Position numbers and translations under genes: made by a program. Under the pieces are notes generated by a model. That model worked only from the letters and a program-made list of their open reading frames with translations. It had not been told where the DNA came from and did no database searches. 64,000 nt of DNA from positions 64,001 to 128,000 of the IMG/VR virus record IMGVR_UViG_3300024264_000006, one strand, 5' to 3'. The stretch comes from a virus. Positions 54,022 through 63,348 of the stretch are shown here, in pieces. The stretch's first letter is position 1, and each line of letters begins with the position of its first letter.

Positions 54022-54276
54022 TTATTCATCGTTGTCAAGCTCAAAGTCTTCTTCCATTTTACCACACCAATTACATGGGAAATCTTTTTCTACACCCATC
54101 AAGGCATCTTCTACCTTACAGTAGTGTTCCCAAAATCCCTTGGGGGCATTGAATCCATCATTAAAACCTAGTCCCACATCCTTCTCCTTTCGAAAAATTT
54201 TGTCGTAGTTATCACGATACTTTTCACTTGTTTTAGAAACAATAGCATCACCAGTAATGTCGTTTTTTGCAGCCAT
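54022..54276 (-). CDS. Small hypothetical protein with Cys motif
   Basis: KNDITGD...HYC...PCNWCG. Confidence 0.65.
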   Translation of the reverse strand: MAAKNDITGDAIVSKTSEKYRDNYDKIFRKEKDVGLGFNDGFNAPKGFWEHYCKVEDALMGVEKDFPCNWCGKMEEDFELDNDE

Positions 54277-55340
54277 TACATTACCTCCAGTTGTTGCGCC
54301 TCAACCATGAGGGTAGAGATTTCTTGTTTGATTCGAGCTTTGTCTAGGTCAGTTTGTACTGCATCAATATAGTCCATGACTAGAGTCTCTGTGTCTTCTA
54401 CAGAAACGGCTTGGTCATCTACACTAGAACCTAAGAAGTCTTTGAAGTCTTCTACAATCTTCAGTTCATGTATGTTACAGTTCTGTACACGATCAACGAA
54501 ACGTTCAAACTCATATGCATCACCCTTGTTAACAACAACGATCTTAACGAACTTGTTGTCTAGGTATCGCATGTCCTTGAACTTGAAGTTACCCATCTGT
54601 TCATGATCATAATAAATCTTCTCGTAGATTTTGATAGGATTTTGTACAGGTGTCAGTTCTCTTGTTTCAGTATCAAGAATATGGAAGTACTTATTATCAC
54701 CACAGTCGTTCCAAAAGAACTCCATCTGTGCACCAAGGTAATGTATGTTATCCTTACTAGACCTTGTGTGGAAGTGTCCGGTCAGAACCATATCAAAGTT
54801 CTCAAAGTGTTTTGGTGACATACCATCATGACAGAACAAACCACGATCCATCTCAAATCCAGCCAACTCTAAGTGTGCGCCAACCACGGACGCCTTGCAT
54901 GACTTAAGGAATTCTAAAGTGTCACTTTCGTTTTCCTGATTTATCCAAGGAACCAAGGCAACATCTAGTTCACCATACTTGACAACCTTTGGTTCCATAA
55001 CAAGATTCACTTCGTTCATGTAGTGACCCTGTAGTTCCTTCAGTGCGTTAAGTTCGTTAGTGTTCTTGAAATAAGTGTCATGGTTGCCAGGAATAATGTC
55101 CATAGTGATACCATATTGACGCAACCTCTCTAAAAAGATTTTACGGTTGTGACTCAAGGCCTTGAAGTTGATTGTCTTACGGTTGTCGTAGTAATCACCA
55201 AGGTGTAGTATGTGTTTGATGTCATTCTCTAACAAATATGGAAAGAACACGTCCCGATAGAAACGTTCCTGATAGTCCATAAAAATGTCAGACGAATTAC
55301 GACACCCACAGTGAGTGTCATTAAGTATTGCTATCTTCAT
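54276..55340 (-). CDS. 47: Recombination endonuclease gp47 (Mre11-like)
   Basis: DTHCG, LGD, GNHD, GHFH. Confidence 0.96.
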   Translation of the reverse strand: MKIAILNDTHCGCRNSSDIFMDYQERFYRDVFFPYLLENDIKHILHLGDYYDNRKTINFKALSHNRKIFLERLRQYGITMDIIPGNHDTYFKNTNELNALKELQGHYMNEVNLVMEPKVVKYGELDVALVPWINQENESDTLEFLKSCKASVVGAHLELAGFEMDRGLFCHDGMSPKHFENFDMVLTGHFHTRSSKDNIHYLGAQMEFFWNDCGDNKYFHILDTETRELTPVQNPIKIYEKIYYDHEQMGNFKFKDMRYLDNKFVKIVVVNKGDAYEFERFVDRVQNCNIHELKIVEDFKDFLGSSVDDQAVSVEDTETLVMDYIDAVQTDLDKARIKQEISTLMVEAQQLEVM

Positions 55341-55370
55341 AAATTAAACCGAATTTATATAAATGCACCC

Positions 55371-55399
55371 ATGATACCAGATGCGGAAGGAGTTGTCAA
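55371..55399 (-). promoter_or_regulatory. Sigma70-type promoter of gene 47
   Basis: TTGACA-N17-TATCAT. Confidence 0.75.
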
Positions 55400-55953
55400 G
55401 CCCTTTCTAAATTACCTGAAACAGTGACACGAAGTTCATCACTAGTGTAAAATGGATAGACACAATGTTTTAGTTTAGATGGAAACATAAACATCTTATT
55501 GTTATACAACTTGTCTACCGGAATAAATTTCTCACACAGATCACCATACATGTTGGCAAACTGAAAAGAAAAGTGTCCAGAACAAGATGCACTAGTGTCC
55601 GGATACATGTTAAGTTCGTCCTCAATATCATACGGGACATCCACAAACATTACAAATGATAGATCGCCTCCGTGTCGGTGTGGCGGATTGAACTCATGTT
55701 TAGCCATAAGGTTAACCCACAAGTCCACCATGTTCCACTTACCTTTTTGCCACCCGTGGGCGGTCTGTTCCACGTAGTTCCTAACATTACTACGGCAACT
55801 TTCTAGTAGATACTCTCGTTTTATATTACCCGCAAGTGCACTGTTATAAGGTTTTAAATCTTCGTAGTGTGCGGATTCCAATTTGACTGCATTCATTACA
55901 TCCTTGGGAACAACAGTCTCTACATATTCACTATCAACTAGGGTCTTTATCAT
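55396..55953 (-). CDS. Putative 2OG-Fe(II) oxygenase
   Basis: WVN, FNPPHRH, FPSKLKHCVYP, RVTVSGN. Confidence 0.8.
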   Translation of the reverse strand: MIKTLVDSEYVETVVPKDVMNAVKLESAHYEDLKPYNSALAGNIKREYLLESCRSNVRNYVEQTAHGWQKGKWNMVDLWVNLMAKHEFNPPHRHGGDLSFVMFVDVPYDIEDELNMYPDTSASCSGHFSFQFANMYGDLCEKFIPVDKLYNNKMFMFPSKLKHCVYPFYTSDELRVTVSGNLERA

Positions 55954-56560
55954 CTACTAAAAAATCCGTTAGGTCTGAGTCTACTTTGACAGTTCTGCGT
56001 TTGCGCTTCTTCTGTTCATTTACATATTCTTTGAATTCCGCATCAGCACCTTTCACTTGATCAATGCGATAACGTAAAGTTTCTACGAATGGAATAATAT
56101 TAGAGTAATCTCTTTCCTGATTGCTAGCATGACCATCAAGGAATGACTCTACACCAGCTTCAGTGATATACTTCATCTTGATGTCTTGTTGTTTCTTTTC
56201 CTTCTGTATCCTACGCAAGAATGCATACCATGATATCTGTGTAAAGTAAGCAAACGCATTGGGTAGTCCGGTACGTGTTGCAGTCTTGATATCATAGTTC
56301 TCAATTGCCTTGAGACAGTTCTCTACCGCATCCATCACCATCTCTTCACGATAAGTGTACCGGACGAAGTTTGCTTTATGGGATAACCCCTGACAAATCT
56401 TCAGAAAACATTCTGCGATATAGTTTGGCACAACAGGTTTGGGGTCTCCTTTCTTTTCACACCATTCTACTCGTTGACAGTATTCAACAACAGCTTCAGA
56501 AAATTGTCTGTTGTTAACGTAATGTGGTTTATCTTTTGGTTTGATTTTTTGCTTAGTCAC
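55934..56560 (-). CDS. 55: Late transcription sigma factor gp55
   Basis: HYVNN, NF.RYTYREEM, NAFAYFTQI..AFLRRI.KEKKQ. Confidence 0.95.
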   Translation of the reverse strand: MTKQKIKPKDKPHYVNNRQFSEAVVEYCQRVEWCEKKGDPKPVVPNYIAECFLKICQGLSHKANFVRYTYREEMVMDAVENCLKAIENYDIKTATRTGLPNAFAYFTQISWYAFLRRIQKEKKQQDIKMKYITEAGVESFLDGHASNQERDYSNIIPFVETLRYRIDQVKGADAEFKEYVNEQKKRKRRTVKVDSDLTDFLVDDKDPS

Positions 56561-56583
56561 AAAGTACTCCTAAATTTCACGTA

Positions 56584-57015
56584 TTATACCTTATTGGGGG
56601 TAGGTATGGCAAGTGAAGAAACCCTTCGGCGTAGGTCAGATGTTGAAAACCTATGGTCTCTTCGGTTAAAATAAATTTCAATACCACGAGCAGCACACGT
56701 TGCACGGCCTGTGAATTTCTTATCCTTATATTCCGCACCTATAATTCTTACATCAAAGTCAAACATTTTAAGGATATCTTCCAAGTCCTGTTCTGTTTGA
56801 TAGGGAATAATTTCGTCAACATATTTAATCGCCTGTAGTTGCGTCCATCTTTCAACTAACGTTTGTACGGGTGGATTCTTTTCAGGTCTATCTGAGGAAG
56901 GGTCAACTTGTAGGGCACAAACCAAATAATCACATTGACCTTTGGCTTCTCTCAACATAGAGACATGACCAGCATGAAGTAAATCAAACGTGCTCGCAGT
57001 AAATCCTGTAATCAT
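56584..57015 (-). CDS. TagD-like cytidylyltransferase
   Basis: FDLLHAGH, YVDEI, RDHRFSTS. Confidence 0.88.
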   Translation of the reverse strand: MITGFTASTFDLLHAGHVSMLREAKGQCDYLVCALQVDPSSDRPEKNPPVQTLVERWTQLQAIKYVDEIIPYQTEQDLEDILKMFDFDVRIIGAEYKDKKFTGRATCAARGIEIYFNRRDHRFSTSDLRRRVSSLAIPTPNKV

Positions 57016-57022
57016 AATATCC

Positions 57023-57442
57023 TCAACAAAAAAATGTAACTACCAATCTATCTATAGGGAAGCCTTCGGGTCTGTGTAAGTCGTTCCCATTGTACTGAAT
57101 CAGTTTCCCAGTCTTGTACTCATGGACAACACCATCTACCTCAGTACCACATCCCCTTGCACCACGTAGATATATAACTCCAGCGTGATCGTATTTATCT
57201 CTATGTACTATAGGTTCCCAATCTGGGTCACCATCGTGTTTATGAAAGTAGAGAGAGTTAGGTCTCTTTCCAATGGCGTCATGTATATCTTCGGTCAATT
57301 CACTCATTTCGGCCACATTGAGTGTCCGGAGTCCCTTGAACCTTCCCGCCTGAGGAACTTCTTCACAAGTGTAGTATGGTAAACTATCTGCAAACTCAAG
57401 AACTTCATCTAGGTCTTTTATAAAATTTTCAACAATTATCAT
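57023..57442 (-). CDS. 2OG-Fe(II) oxygenase-like protein
   Basis: HRD, AGVIYL, GT, LH, RL. Confidence 0.65.
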   Translation of the reverse strand: MIIVENFIKDLDEVLEFADSLPYYTCEEVPQAGRFKGLRTLNVAEMSELTEDIHDAIGKRPNSLYFHKHDGDPDWEPIVHRDKYDHAGVIYLRGARGCGTEVDGVVHEYKTGKLIQYNGNDLHRPEGFPIDRLVVTFFC

Positions 57443-57449
57443 TTAGTGC

Positions 57450-57478
57450 TTGCCAGATTTTAAAATCCATGATATAAT
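57450..57478 (+). promoter_or_regulatory. Orphan antisense sigma70-type promoter
   Basis: GC-TTGCCA-N17-TATAAT on plus strand with no plus-strand gene following. Confidence 0.55.
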
Positions 57479-57510
57479 AAGAGCTCCTCTGCGGGAAAGT
57501 GAATATATAC

Positions 57511-57873
57511 CTAATGAATTTGAGGATTCTTCGGAAAATTAACTACATTAGAACCTGAGTCACGCATCTCCATCTCATGTTCATGTGACAGTCTTGAAGT
57601 CTCGGCATACATTTCTTCTAGAGCCTTCTCCCATTCAAGTTGTAAATCTTCTGGAGGGTTCGCATACGAAACAATATGTTCCGCACGAATAACACTTACG
57701 GATTCTGGACGGTCTTGATAGACCATAAAATTCTTAAACGTGTAGTATTTGTATCCGTCTTGTTCCTTAGAAATTAGACGTAACGCATTGCGTACAGGAA
57801 TTTCGAATTCATTGTCCTCTAAAACTTCACATACTACTTCATCGCCAGTTGTCAACTTAAGTTGTTTAATCAT
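57511..57873 (-). CDS. Conserved Sm-like protein downstream of uvsW
   Basis: QLKLTTGDEVVCEV; SNVVNFP tail. Confidence 0.7.
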   Translation of the reverse strand: MIKQLKLTTGDEVVCEVLEDNEFEIPVRNALRLISKEQDGYKYYTFKNFMVYQDRPESVSVIRAEHIVSYANPPEDLQLEWEKALEEMYAETSRLSHEHEMEMRDSGSNVVNFPKNPQIH

Positions 57874-59369
57874 GACTTATCCTTTAGATTAATTGGGAAA
57901 ATTTTATATTTAAAACCTTCTCTACTATATATCTTTATTCTTTCAGCAGAATGTTTCAGGGTGAAATTCCGATAACCTCTACAATGTAGATCATCTGATA
58001 TATCATAAAGGTTAGTAGCAACCCCATTGTCACTTTTTCGTAACCCTCTACCGATAGACTGAAGTACCTTAACTTGTGATTTACTTGGAGAAGCAAAGAC
58101 AATATTATGGAGATTCCTAATATTAATCCCAGTAGAAAAAGTTCCAAGGCTTGCAACGATGATAGCATTTTTTTGACCCTCTACGATACCACGTATCTGT
58201 TCTCTATCTGAAGCATCAACTTCACCGGACACATAAAATACTTTTCGATTTTCCTCAGATTCTCTTTTTATTAGATCATATAAAACTTTACCGTGTTTTT
58301 CTACAAACTGAAACAGCACCAGAGTGTTGCCTTCTTGATCCAAAGTAAGTCTCTTTATGAATTGATTTCTTCTCTCATTAGTTACTATATATTCAATTTC
58401 TTCTTGATAGGTTTTGCCTTTCATTTTGACGCATTCGTCATTGTGATATCTTAGTAACAATACTTTGATATCTAAGTCTGCGAGTTGATTGTCCTCTTGT
58501 AGTTTTACTGTGGTAGTGACCTTGAACACGGGCCCGAAAAGACCTTCAAGTACAAGTTTGTTCGTTTCAGTACCATCAAGTGTACCTGTAGTACCGATAC
58601 GATATCTAGCATTGACACACTTATCCATGAGAGTGCCTAAAGATTTGGCTTTAAATAGATGTACCTCATCCCCAAAAACACAATGGAAATCTTCAAACCA
58701 TTCTCTACCAAATTTGTAGATAGATTGCCACGTAGATATAATTATCCTCTTGTCGGTAGTCTTGTCCTTACCTGAGTAGATCATGTGGCACTGATTCTCT
58801 ACGTCATATCCGTAGTCTCTGAAGTCTTTATACATCTGTTCTACTAAAGAGGTTGTTGGTACTACAACAAGAATCTTTCCATTCTCGTTCTTCTCAATCC
58901 ATCTCATTACATTATAAATGATAAATGATTTACCGGAACCCGTAGGTGATAGAAGAATTGCACGTTTGTTCTCAATGCTGTGAGATACGGCCTCGTACTG
59001 ATAGTCGTAAGGTTCGAAAGGCGCTTTGAGGTTTCCAAGGAACTTCACCAAGTCTGGGTGGGATATCTTGTTCTTTGCGTTTGGTGTTCCCCACTCATAG
59101 GAGTCTATGATTTGTAGGGGATAGAATCGGTCTCCGCAAAATTTACGTAGTTGGGTATACAGACCGACATGAATCTGTTTGGTGACTTGATTATAGAGTT
59201 TGATCTTACCATCCCACTGGCGTCTCTTAAAGGCAGGCATAAACTTATGGCCCGGCACAAAGAAAGAGAAGTACTCACGTAACTCTTGTTCCTGTGAAGG
59301 GTTAGATTCTACTGCCATGTAAGAGTTGCTAAGCATCTTAACTCTTATAGTGTTATCCGCCGGATTCAA
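57870..59369 (-). CDS. uvsW: UvsW RNA-DNA/DNA-DNA helicase
   Basis: PTGSGKS, DEVH, TGT, QSIGRGLR. Confidence 0.95.
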   Translation of the reverse strand: MNPADNTIRVKMLSNSYMAVESNPSQEQELREYFSFFVPGHKFMPAFKRRQWDGKIKLYNQVTKQIHVGLYTQLRKFCGDRFYPLQIIDSYEWGTPNAKNKISHPDLVKFLGNLKAPFEPYDYQYEAVSHSIENKRAILLSPTGSGKSFIIYNVMRWIEKNENGKILVVVPTTSLVEQMYKDFRDYGYDVENQCHMIYSGKDKTTDKRIIISTWQSIYKFGREWFEDFHCVFGDEVHLFKAKSLGTLMDKCVNARYRIGTTGTLDGTETNKLVLEGLFGPVFKVTTTVKLQEDNQLADLDIKVLLLRYHNDECVKMKGKTYQEEIEYIVTNERRNQFIKRLTLDQEGNTLVLFQFVEKHGKVLYDLIKRESEENRKVFYVSGEVDASDREQIRGIVEGQKNAIIVASLGTFSTGINIRNLHNIVFASPSKSQVKVLQSIGRGLRKSDNGVATNLYDISDDLHCRGYRNFTLKHSAERIKIYSREGFKYKIFPINLKDKS

Positions 59370-59799
59370 GTCTTCTCCAATCTATAATGTTCTTGATGGT
59401 AGAGTGTCTCCATCTCAAAGTCTGAATGATTTCTTCTAGAGTACTTATAGTAACTTTAAGGTACTCTACTTTCTCTTCTGACTTCTGGATGTCTGTGTCC
59501 GCATCAGCCATTTTCTCTTTCATGGCTTTAGTCGGTAGGTTACCCTCAAAGGGATCATACTGCCAGTTTTTAGTGTTGATATCCTCTTGGGACATCTTAC
59601 CTTCGTAATACATAAACTTATCTTTGAACAGATTCCGTTGGGAATGTTCAGCACGTTTTAGTTGTAACTTGGTAAGAGATAGGTACTGCAAATATTTTGC
59701 ATGTAACTTCGATGTCGCTATAGAGGTATCATCTAGTTTATATCTGTCAATTTCCGCATCGGTTTTCCATTCATTCAAAATAGACTCAAGGTCTAACAT
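59353..59799 (-). CDS. uvsY: Recombination mediator UvsY
   Basis: LHAKYL, IKNIIDW; next to uvsW. Confidence 0.9.
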   Translation of the reverse strand: MLDLESILNEWKTDAEIDRYKLDDTSIATSKLHAKYLQYLSLTKLQLKRAEHSQRNLFKDKFMYYEGKMSQEDINTKNWQYDPFEGNLPTKAMKEKMADADTDIQKSEEKVEYLKVTISTLEEIIQTLRWRHSTIKNIIDWRRLESGG

Positions 59800-59801
59800 A
59801 A

Positions 59802-60449
59802 TTATTCTCCATTAATAAAATCTATACAATCCTTCCAGTAATCATAATGAGTTCTGTTAAAGACGTAACTCAAGGTCATTCTCCAACACTCAGTTTTTGC
59901 ACAATGATATACTAATTTATCATCATCATAATTACCAAAATATCCGGCCTTTAAAGACCATCCTTTTTTATCTTTCAGTATGTCATTACGTTTTGCTTCT
60001 CTGTCATACTGTATGAACTGACCATCTCCTGTCTCCGACCAAGTAAAGACTAGGTTGTAGGAACAAACGTCTGCATTGTTATGCCATCCAATCCATCCCT
60101 TGGGTGGATACAATGAACTCAATGCACTAAATCTTGATCCAAGCAGAGTATTGATCTCGGCGTCCAGTGTTCTCCATGCATTTTTATATCGGTCTGCATA
60201 CTCACCTTCGACAACAAGTTTATCGGGTTTCATAAAATGAAGAAACCCTCTATCAGCAGCACCGGAATGGTCTCTACCCTGATTGATAATCTTATCCCTA
60301 AAAACATCAGACAGATAGTAATCACGATCCATCTCTTGGCCACGTCCTTCAACTAGGTGTTTAGTCGGGAGTTCATCTATAAAAGTATACCTGAATTTTT
60401 CCAAGATGGCAAGAACTTCTTCGTTCTTAATATCGTAAAAAGTCAACAT
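59802..60449 (-). CDS. 2OG-Fe(II)/cupin-fold oxygenase-like protein, paralog of 30317..30988
   Basis: YPPKGWIGWHNN...FTWS..GDG.F...YHCA...RMTL. Confidence 0.6.
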   Translation of the reverse strand: MLTFYDIKNEEVLAILEKFRYTFIDELPTKHLVEGRGQEMDRDYYLSDVFRDKIINQGRDHSGAADRGFLHFMKPDKLVVEGEYADRYKNAWRTLDAEINTLLGSRFSALSSLYPPKGWIGWHNNADVCSYNLVFTWSETGDGQFIQYDREAKRNDILKDKKGWSLKAGYFGNYDDDKLVYHCAKTECWRMTLSYVFNRTHYDYWKDCIDFINGE

Positions 60450-60450
60450 A

Positions 60451-60951
60451 TTAAACTATCTCAAATGTGTCAAACCTAAAACTTGAAGTGTATGTTATAT
60501 AGGTCTGGTTTTGACTGGCGTTCATCTCAAAAGAACCTACGTTTGTCGGGATACAGTTTTTATACTTGATCCTTTTATTGGCGTTGTTGTGACTAGTTAG
60601 GATAGTGACCGTGATGTCTGCGAAGGTTGCTATTAGACCGTTTTGCAATGCGTGTGCAGTTGATACGTTTCCGTCATTGACCATTCTTTCCAACCAGTTT
60701 TGCATCTCTAAGTAAGACACCATATCCTCATCAAGGATAAAGTCCACTTGCAGTTCACCATAGGTGATCTTGTCACCCGCAAAAGGCAGGGACGTTATTC
60801 TACGGCCAGGCAGTTCAATAGGGTTGACGGAAGCGCCAGGATGTGTTATACTCTGTGCAAAATATTGTAGATTAGGGTAGTTGGTTCTTTCAATAGAAAC
60901 CGAAAACCCACTAGGTTGTAAGTAGTTTTTGTTAGTCGTAACAGTCGCCAT
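60451..60951 (-). CDS. 3: Tail completion/sheath stabiliser gp3
   Basis: NYLQPSGF, GDKITYGEL..F.LDED...Y.E..W; position next to uvsY; late promoter. Confidence 0.8.
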   Translation of the reverse strand: MATVTTNKNYLQPSGFSVSIERTNYPNLQYFAQSITHPGASVNPIELPGRRITSLPFAGDKITYGELQVDFILDEDMVSYLEMQNWLERMVNDGNVSTAHALQNGLIATFADITVTILTSHNNANKRIKYKNCIPTNVGSFEMNASQNQTYITYTSSFRFDTFEIV

Positions 60952-60975
60952 AATTATCTCCTGTGGTCACTCTTC

Positions 60976-60983
60976 TATTTATA
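60976..60983 (-). promoter_or_regulatory. T4-type late promoter of gene 3
   Basis: TATAAATA. Confidence 0.8.
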
Positions 60984-60986
60984 CGC

Positions 60987-61016
60987 TTGACAACCCCTAT
61001 GTAAATGTTATATAAT
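60987..61016 (+). promoter_or_regulatory. Sigma70-type promoter of the plus-strand island
   Basis: TTGACA-N18-TATAAT then GAGAGGA SD. Confidence 0.75.
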
Positions 61017-61037
61017 ACGTAGTAATGAGAGGAACTT

Positions 61038-62168
61038 ATGATTTTATCTAGACAAGATGCATGTTACGCCGCTGGTGTATTCACAGACTTCTTTGCGAAC
61101 TTTGATCGCATTGATGACTACATGCGTAAAATAAAGTTAGAACGTATGGAGACTTTTCCATATGCATTGCCTGGCATGGGGCCTGAGACTGATCTCTTTG
61201 ACAAGTTTGACATGCACCCGAATGATATGGAGTTTGTTGTATCCCCGTGTAAACAGGATCAGTTCATGTCATATATGGAGATTACTACGTCTGCACCTGT
61301 AGAGTCTTCAATCCCCGGCAAACAAATGTTGTGGTTAGTTAAAGAAAAGAACACGGGCATGGTTATGGGTATGATTCGATTTGGATCACCAACCATTAAC
61401 TCACGTCCACGTAATGAATGGTTGGGTAAACCACTAGACACCATGAGTCCTGAAGTAATGTCAAGGTTCAACAAGTCAGTGATTATGGGTTTCAACATTG
61501 TACCCACTCAACCATTTGGGTTCAACTATCTTGGCGGTAAGTTACTTGCAGCCATCTGTTGTTCCCACACAGTGCGTGAAGCACTGAACAAGAAGTACGA
61601 TGCGAACATCTGTATGTTCGAAACTACTTCTCTGTATGGGTCATCCAAGTCATCGTCTATGTACGATGGCATGAAACCCATTTTGAGGTTTAACGGTCTG
61701 ACAGACTCAAACTTCGCACCGCTTATTAATGATGATAACTTCCGTAAACTTAATGATTGGTTTAGGGAAAGGAACGGCGGAGAATTCTTAGTACCAGCTG
61801 ACGCATCTTCACGCAAGTTGAAGACTCAGACTAAGATGGCATCTATCATCAAATCCTCTCTCAAACAACATGATGAGGGTGCATATGCGAAGTTCTGTCA
61901 GACCTTTTTAGATGCAAAGGGACTTACTGAAAAGAAACGTTCCTTCTATTCAACATACGGGTATGAGAATGTACCCGACTTTCTTAACCTCAAGACTGAT
62001 ACTCTTGTTAAGAAAGATAACTTTGATCGTTTCGAACTTGAGAACCTCACCGAATGGTGGCGTAAGAAAGCAGGTAAACGATACGAGTCTTTGAAGTCAG
62101 ACGGTAGACTGCGTTCCGTTGTGGAGACTTGGAACACTAACGCAGAAGATATCGATATTATTCGATAA
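61038..62168 (+). CDS. DUF4338/DruA-like protein
   Basis: SIPG, G.I..GSP...PR..W.G, IVPTQPFGFNYLGGKLLA, TTSLYG...S.Y. Confidence 0.7.
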   Translation: MILSRQDACYAAGVFTDFFANFDRIDDYMRKIKLERMETFPYALPGMGPETDLFDKFDMHPNDMEFVVSPCKQDQFMSYMEITTSAPVESSIPGKQMLWLVKEKNTGMVMGMIRFGSPTINSRPRNEWLGKPLDTMSPEVMSRFNKSVIMGFNIVPTQPFGFNYLGGKLLAAICCSHTVREALNKKYDANICMFETTSLYGSSKSSSMYDGMKPILRFNGLTDSNFAPLINDDNFRKLNDWFRERNGGEFLVPADASSRKLKTQTKMASIIKSSLKQHDEGAYAKFCQTFLDAKGLTEKKRSFYSTYGYENVPDFLNLKTDTLVKKDNFDRFELENLTEWWRKKAGKRYESLKSDGRLRSVVETWNTNAEDIDIIR

Positions 62169-62249
62169 AAGTATTATATATACTATTGTGTTTTAGGATT
62201 CTCTATGAGTCTTCTACTTCACTTAATTTAATCCAATAGGAGAAATCAT

Positions 62250-63320
62250 ATGGCTATTATAGCACTGGCAGATTATGCCAATTCAAACCCTGACGCAATT
62301 GCGTTACCCGACTACACCGACCTTGGTGTAACATCCGTAAAAAATATAAAACTTAACTTCAACGATGTTCATATTGATGATATCGAAGGCAACGTTGGTA
62401 AAGTAGAGACTCACACTGCCGCTGAGATTGAACAACTTAGAATGTCCTTCGCAGACGGTGTGGATACTCTGGAGTTTCCGCCTGGTGTTTACTTTCGTGG
62501 TGATTCATACGAGAAACCTTATGTTCTCGTATATGGATATGGTCGTTCTGAAGCGATTCGTGCTTTAGGACAAAAAGACTGGATATTCACTTTGTTCGCT
62601 GGTACACCAGAACAGATGGAAGATGTACAAGCAAGAGAGAACGAGGGATATCCCAAACGTCTCAATAAAGAAGTTGACATGCGTAAACACTTGAGTCGTA
62701 AGATTGCGAATGGTCGTATCAAGAATAATGAGAAAGCAATTAATGCCGAGTTCGTTCGTATCTACGGTAAGACCCGTGATAAAACTTGTCGAAACCGTGT
62801 GGTAAAAATGGTTATGGAAGAGGCAGGAACTCCTCAACCATACATTCTATACACATCTGTTCCTAAAATACAGGACTGGATTGACAACCATTCATCGATA
62901 GAACATAAAATTGGTGGTGAGTTTAACCCAGAAACCGATACCTATGGTGTGTGTATTGGTGAAGGTTACCAGTATCGTGTTATCATGCAAGCTATTACAC
63001 GTTACGTAGAAACAGGTAAGTATACTGATTTGATTGGACACGTAGGTGCTCCAACGGCAAAGGCGACTCTAGAAACTAAAAGACAGAAGTTCATGACACA
63101 GTTGGAACAACACAAACATGAATTGAAAATGTGTGGATTAAAAGTCTTTCCTTTGAACGTGATTGGGTTTCTACCACAAGAACGTGGAACAGAAAATTTG
63201 AAAGAATTGGTGACGGGTACGGGTATTACTTCGCCCGTGAAGTTGACTCATACACCTTATGGCCATAAGGCATCCTTTAACTATAAAGAGGTATTAAAGG
63301 ACTTGCCTTTAACTGTATAA
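62250..63320 (+). CDS. Protein with ParB/Srx-like N-terminal domain
   Basis: LRMSFADG...PP...YVLVYGYGRSEAIRALG; AGGAG SD. Confidence 0.55.
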   Translation: MAIIALADYANSNPDAIALPDYTDLGVTSVKNIKLNFNDVHIDDIEGNVGKVETHTAAEIEQLRMSFADGVDTLEFPPGVYFRGDSYEKPYVLVYGYGRSEAIRALGQKDWIFTLFAGTPEQMEDVQARENEGYPKRLNKEVDMRKHLSRKIANGRIKNNEKAINAEFVRIYGKTRDKTCRNRVVKMVMEEAGTPQPYILYTSVPKIQDWIDNHSSIEHKIGGEFNPETDTYGVCIGEGYQYRVIMQAITRYVETGKYTDLIGHVGAPTAKATLETKRQKFMTQLEQHKHELKMCGLKVFPLNVIGFLPQERGTENLKELVTGTGITSPVKLTHTPYGHKASFNYKEVLKDLPLTV

Positions 63321-63348
63321 AAAAAGGGGGGTGTTACCCCCCTTTTTT
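63319..63348. terminator. Bidirectional intrinsic terminator
   Basis: A7-GGGGGG-TGTTA-CCCCCC-T6 between convergent genes. Confidence 0.9.

Noticed and set aside
53-60449. Numerous plus-strand and nested ORFs of 60-160 aa in the track
   Set aside because: Antisense or alternate-frame shadows of well-supported minus-strand genes, without SD or recognisable motifs
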